From assembly GCA_050273025.1 (NCBI GenBank), contig CP158636.1, forward strand, positions 5,146,001 through 5,210,000: 64,000 nt of DNA. Reading direction: 5' to 3'. Made by a program: the position numbers and the translations under genes. This stretch comes from Cenococcum geophilum (Eukaryota). The notes beneath the pieces are model-generated. The model searched no databases, was not told the origin of the DNA, and saw only the letters and a program-made list of their open reading frames with translations. Shown piece after piece: positions 61,320 through 64,000 of this stretch (positions are counted from its first letter, which is position 1; every line of letters starts with the position of its first letter).

Positions 61320-62878
61320 TTAGAATATTGCAAGGATATTAGGCGGACTAGCAACACCACCCGGAACCTGATCAAGATCAATTCAATTAGCGAAACTGCT
61401 TAAACAGAAAGGCAAGCGGCTACATATTCTATATATGGTACTCACATTGCACACTTCACTCGTAACAAAAAATGAATATCGACCCAGCTTCTTGCACTGT
61501 CCAGCCAACGCTTCTAAATCAAAGAGCTCGCCAATCGGGCAGCCCCACCCTGCGAGAAGAACCTCGTGCAGAAGGTATGGTTGCTGAGATGCTATGGGTC
61601 AGAAAGCCAGGTATTAGCATAAAAATTGCCAAATGAGTCGGATGTACAGGATAGCCAAAGGTTTTAAACGAGAGGAAGGCCCTACGCCAGCATTCAAACG
61701 ATGGTTGATCGCCTGCCACGGCAGAGAAATTGTTCCAAATCCATTCGAGCACTTCTTCGCTTTGCTCAACACCAGATAAGGTAGGCGGAAGGACTTTAGA
61801 GAGGGGTTCGAGCTCCGCTCGTTGGAGGGTAGAGTAGGCAGCCATGTAGCCTAGTATACGTCAGATGAGATGTCTAGGAGATCTCGTGGTACAGGGCCAT
61901 GGCTTTCATGGATGCTCAAATGAAACATTTTTCTGACCAGAACGAATGATAAGAATGTCTCCGAACTTAAACTCAGCCCTCTGAGATTCTGCCACTGCTT
62001 TGAGATGGGTTAATGGTATAGAATCAGTCTTGAAAGGCTCATAAGATATTTCATTAGCAAGGCGCCAGCTATGATAGTCAAGCAAGACACCTCGGCCTAC
62101 GATGCCCCTCTCGGACCAGACTGTGACTATTAGAAGGTTGGAGGACTAGAAGTAAAATAGCAGGTATACCGTGAATTCCGTTTACATTGGAGCAGGTTTT
62201 GCCGTGAATGTCGTCCATAGTTACACCATTGTAAAACTTCGCTTCCTTCTGGTAGCTTTGCATGTGCATTAGCTGGGTATTCACTGTTGCGGAGAGAAAA
62301 GGACAATTCAGATACCCAAAATGACGGAGGCCATCCCCTAGCAGTCATTAGAAAATAATGGAGGCTTAAGCGGGACGGATCACGGACATTGACTGCTACT
62401 CTGCGTGTTGAACGTCCAGGTATCGTCATTTACGGTTCTGGGAGGCTTCGCGTAAACGTTTTTGTGGAATTCTTGGCGGCCAAAGAAGGGAATGTCACCC
62501 TGTGCGTCCATAGGCCAGTTGAGAGAGATTCTTTTGGAGACATTAAAATCTCATACTTGAAATGGAGGGCTAATAAAGAGTTTGAGAGCGTAAGAAGCAC
62601 GCCATAAAACTCTTTTTGTCGGCTGTATAGAAAAGCTACCAGGAATGGAAACCTTGAGATCATTTAATACCTTGTGCCGGTCTTGATTTCTTTGGCCGCT
62701 TCTAGCACGACTTCATCCGTGAGACGGTTCAAGAAGCCCAATTGGTCGTATTTACCATATCTAAGTGCATCAGCATACAGAGTAGCCACAGCCAGCAAGC
62801 AGCTTACAGTCCCCATGCTGAACGAAAGGGATCTCCCTCGTTCAGCGGCAGGTCAGAGTATTTTGGAAGATCAAACAT
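61320..62878 (-). CDS. Putative cyclase / kynurenine formamidase-like metal-dependent hydrolase, intron-rich
   Basis: Spliced product MFDLPKYSDLP...SAWGL/YGKYDQLGFLNRL/ISLNWPM...FNTQSSSQW/DGLRHFG/...GIVGRGVLLDY...GDILIIRSG/...HEVLLAGWGCPIGELFDLE.../VPGGVASPPNILAIF*. Confidence 0.85.
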
Positions 62879-63080
62879 TCTGAAAAGAATATTTCTCAAT
62901 AGTCGTACCTAGTAGATAAAGTGTGCAAGGAGTCATGGTGGCGGAGAGGTTTATATAACGATTCGAACAGAGACGAAGTGAGGGGTCGGGGTATGGTTAC
63001 TTCATAAGAGGGTCTCGGCGACGGTAGATTTCCGCGCGAAGCTCTCCTCTCAATAATTCAATGAGCTCTCTTCGAGCCCT

Positions 63081-64000
63081 ATGTCTCTCTTGCGTCAAGC
63101 ACAAAAATTTATAGCTAACCAGACAGCTCGCAAGAACTTCAATGCTTTTATCTCTCTAGCCGAGAAGTCTGCGCTTCTCCGCACTATTGAAGATGCAGAG
63201 GCTAAACATGGTGGAGGTACAAAAATCTTACATCCCCATCCAGCTATTTATCGCGGCTCAAATGGCCTTGAATCAACTGACGATGCATCAGGTCCAATCA
63301 ATGGCAAACTTATAGCCGTTAAAGATAACATCTGTACCTCCGACCTCCCTACGACTGCTGCATCTAGTATCCTAAAATCCTTCACCAGCCCTTACGATGC
63401 CACCGTTATCAAGCAGCTCCGTGACGCCGGCAGTATCGTTGTTGGCAAGACGAATTTAGACGAGTTTGGGATGGGATCACACTCGACACATTCATTCTTT
63501 GGCCCAGTTCAGCAGAGTGGAGACAATGGCCGTGCATTAACCGCGGGAGGGAGCTCTGGAGGGAGTGCTGTGGCTGTAGCTACCGAACAGAGTTGGGCGT
63601 ACGTTTGGAACCGATCATGCCATAGTTATTGACATCTCATCAAGCATAGGGCTCTTGGAACAGATACTGGTGGCTCAGTCAGGCTACCGGCAGCATATAC
63701 CGGCATTGTGGGATATAAGCCGTCGTACGGACTGATATCAAGATGGGGAGTGATTGCATATGCTAATTCACTCGATACCGTCGGGATACTTGCTCGAGAT
63801 TCGCAATCTGCGCGGAAGTTGTTTAGTAGGTACCCACACTAGGAACGCCATTTATATCTCAGTGAATCAGCATTATTAACCAAAGCGTAGACGCAATAAA
63901 TAGTTATGACCCGAAGGATCCCACCAGCCTCCCACCAAGCACACGCTCTCAAATCGCTGAACTTCTGTCTAAAAATAACCGCAAGACGCCCCTCCGCATC
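63081..64000 (+). CDS. HER2: Glutamyl-tRNA(Gln) amidotransferase subunit A, mitochondrial (amidase signature); runs past the window end
   Basis: [34 protein letters not shown], then after an intron [33 protein letters not shown]. Confidence 0.9.

Noticed and set aside
43301..62883. Numerous overlapping or antisense ORFs within the core genes (e.g. 48628+, 52726+, 56328+, 57606+, 58822-, 60584+)
   Set aside because: Alternative frames of well-supported genes with no independent motifs.

Overview
Filamentous ascomycete (Pezizomycotina-type) genomic DNA in two compartments. Positions ~1-42,300 form an AT-rich block bearing the signature of repeat-induced point mutation (RIP): CpA/TpG depleted, TpA enriched, and reading frames full of TAA/TAG. 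It holds a partial Ty3/Gypsy element, stacked Tad1-like LINE 3' ends, two full-length chromoviral Gypsy elements with intact 5-bp TSDs, a solo LTR and minisatellites. It also holds a small un-RIPped island bounded by direct repeats, and a run of RIP-killed non-transposon genes (MADS-box-like, FunK1 kinase, AAA ATPase, Cys/His protein, Myb/SANT protein, several unknowns) that resembles the cargo of a decayed giant mobile element (Starship-like). No captain recombinase is visible in the window. Positions ~42,400-64,000 are gene-dense and of normal GC: HeLo-pseudokinase (MLKL-like), profilin, RNPS1-like RRM/RS protein, CDK11-like kinase, APH-family phosphotransferase, NDUFAF7, VPS9-domain protein, ATG15, putative cyclase and mitochondrial GatA (truncated by the window edge). 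All calls come from manual reading and translation, and pseudogene boundaries are approximate.
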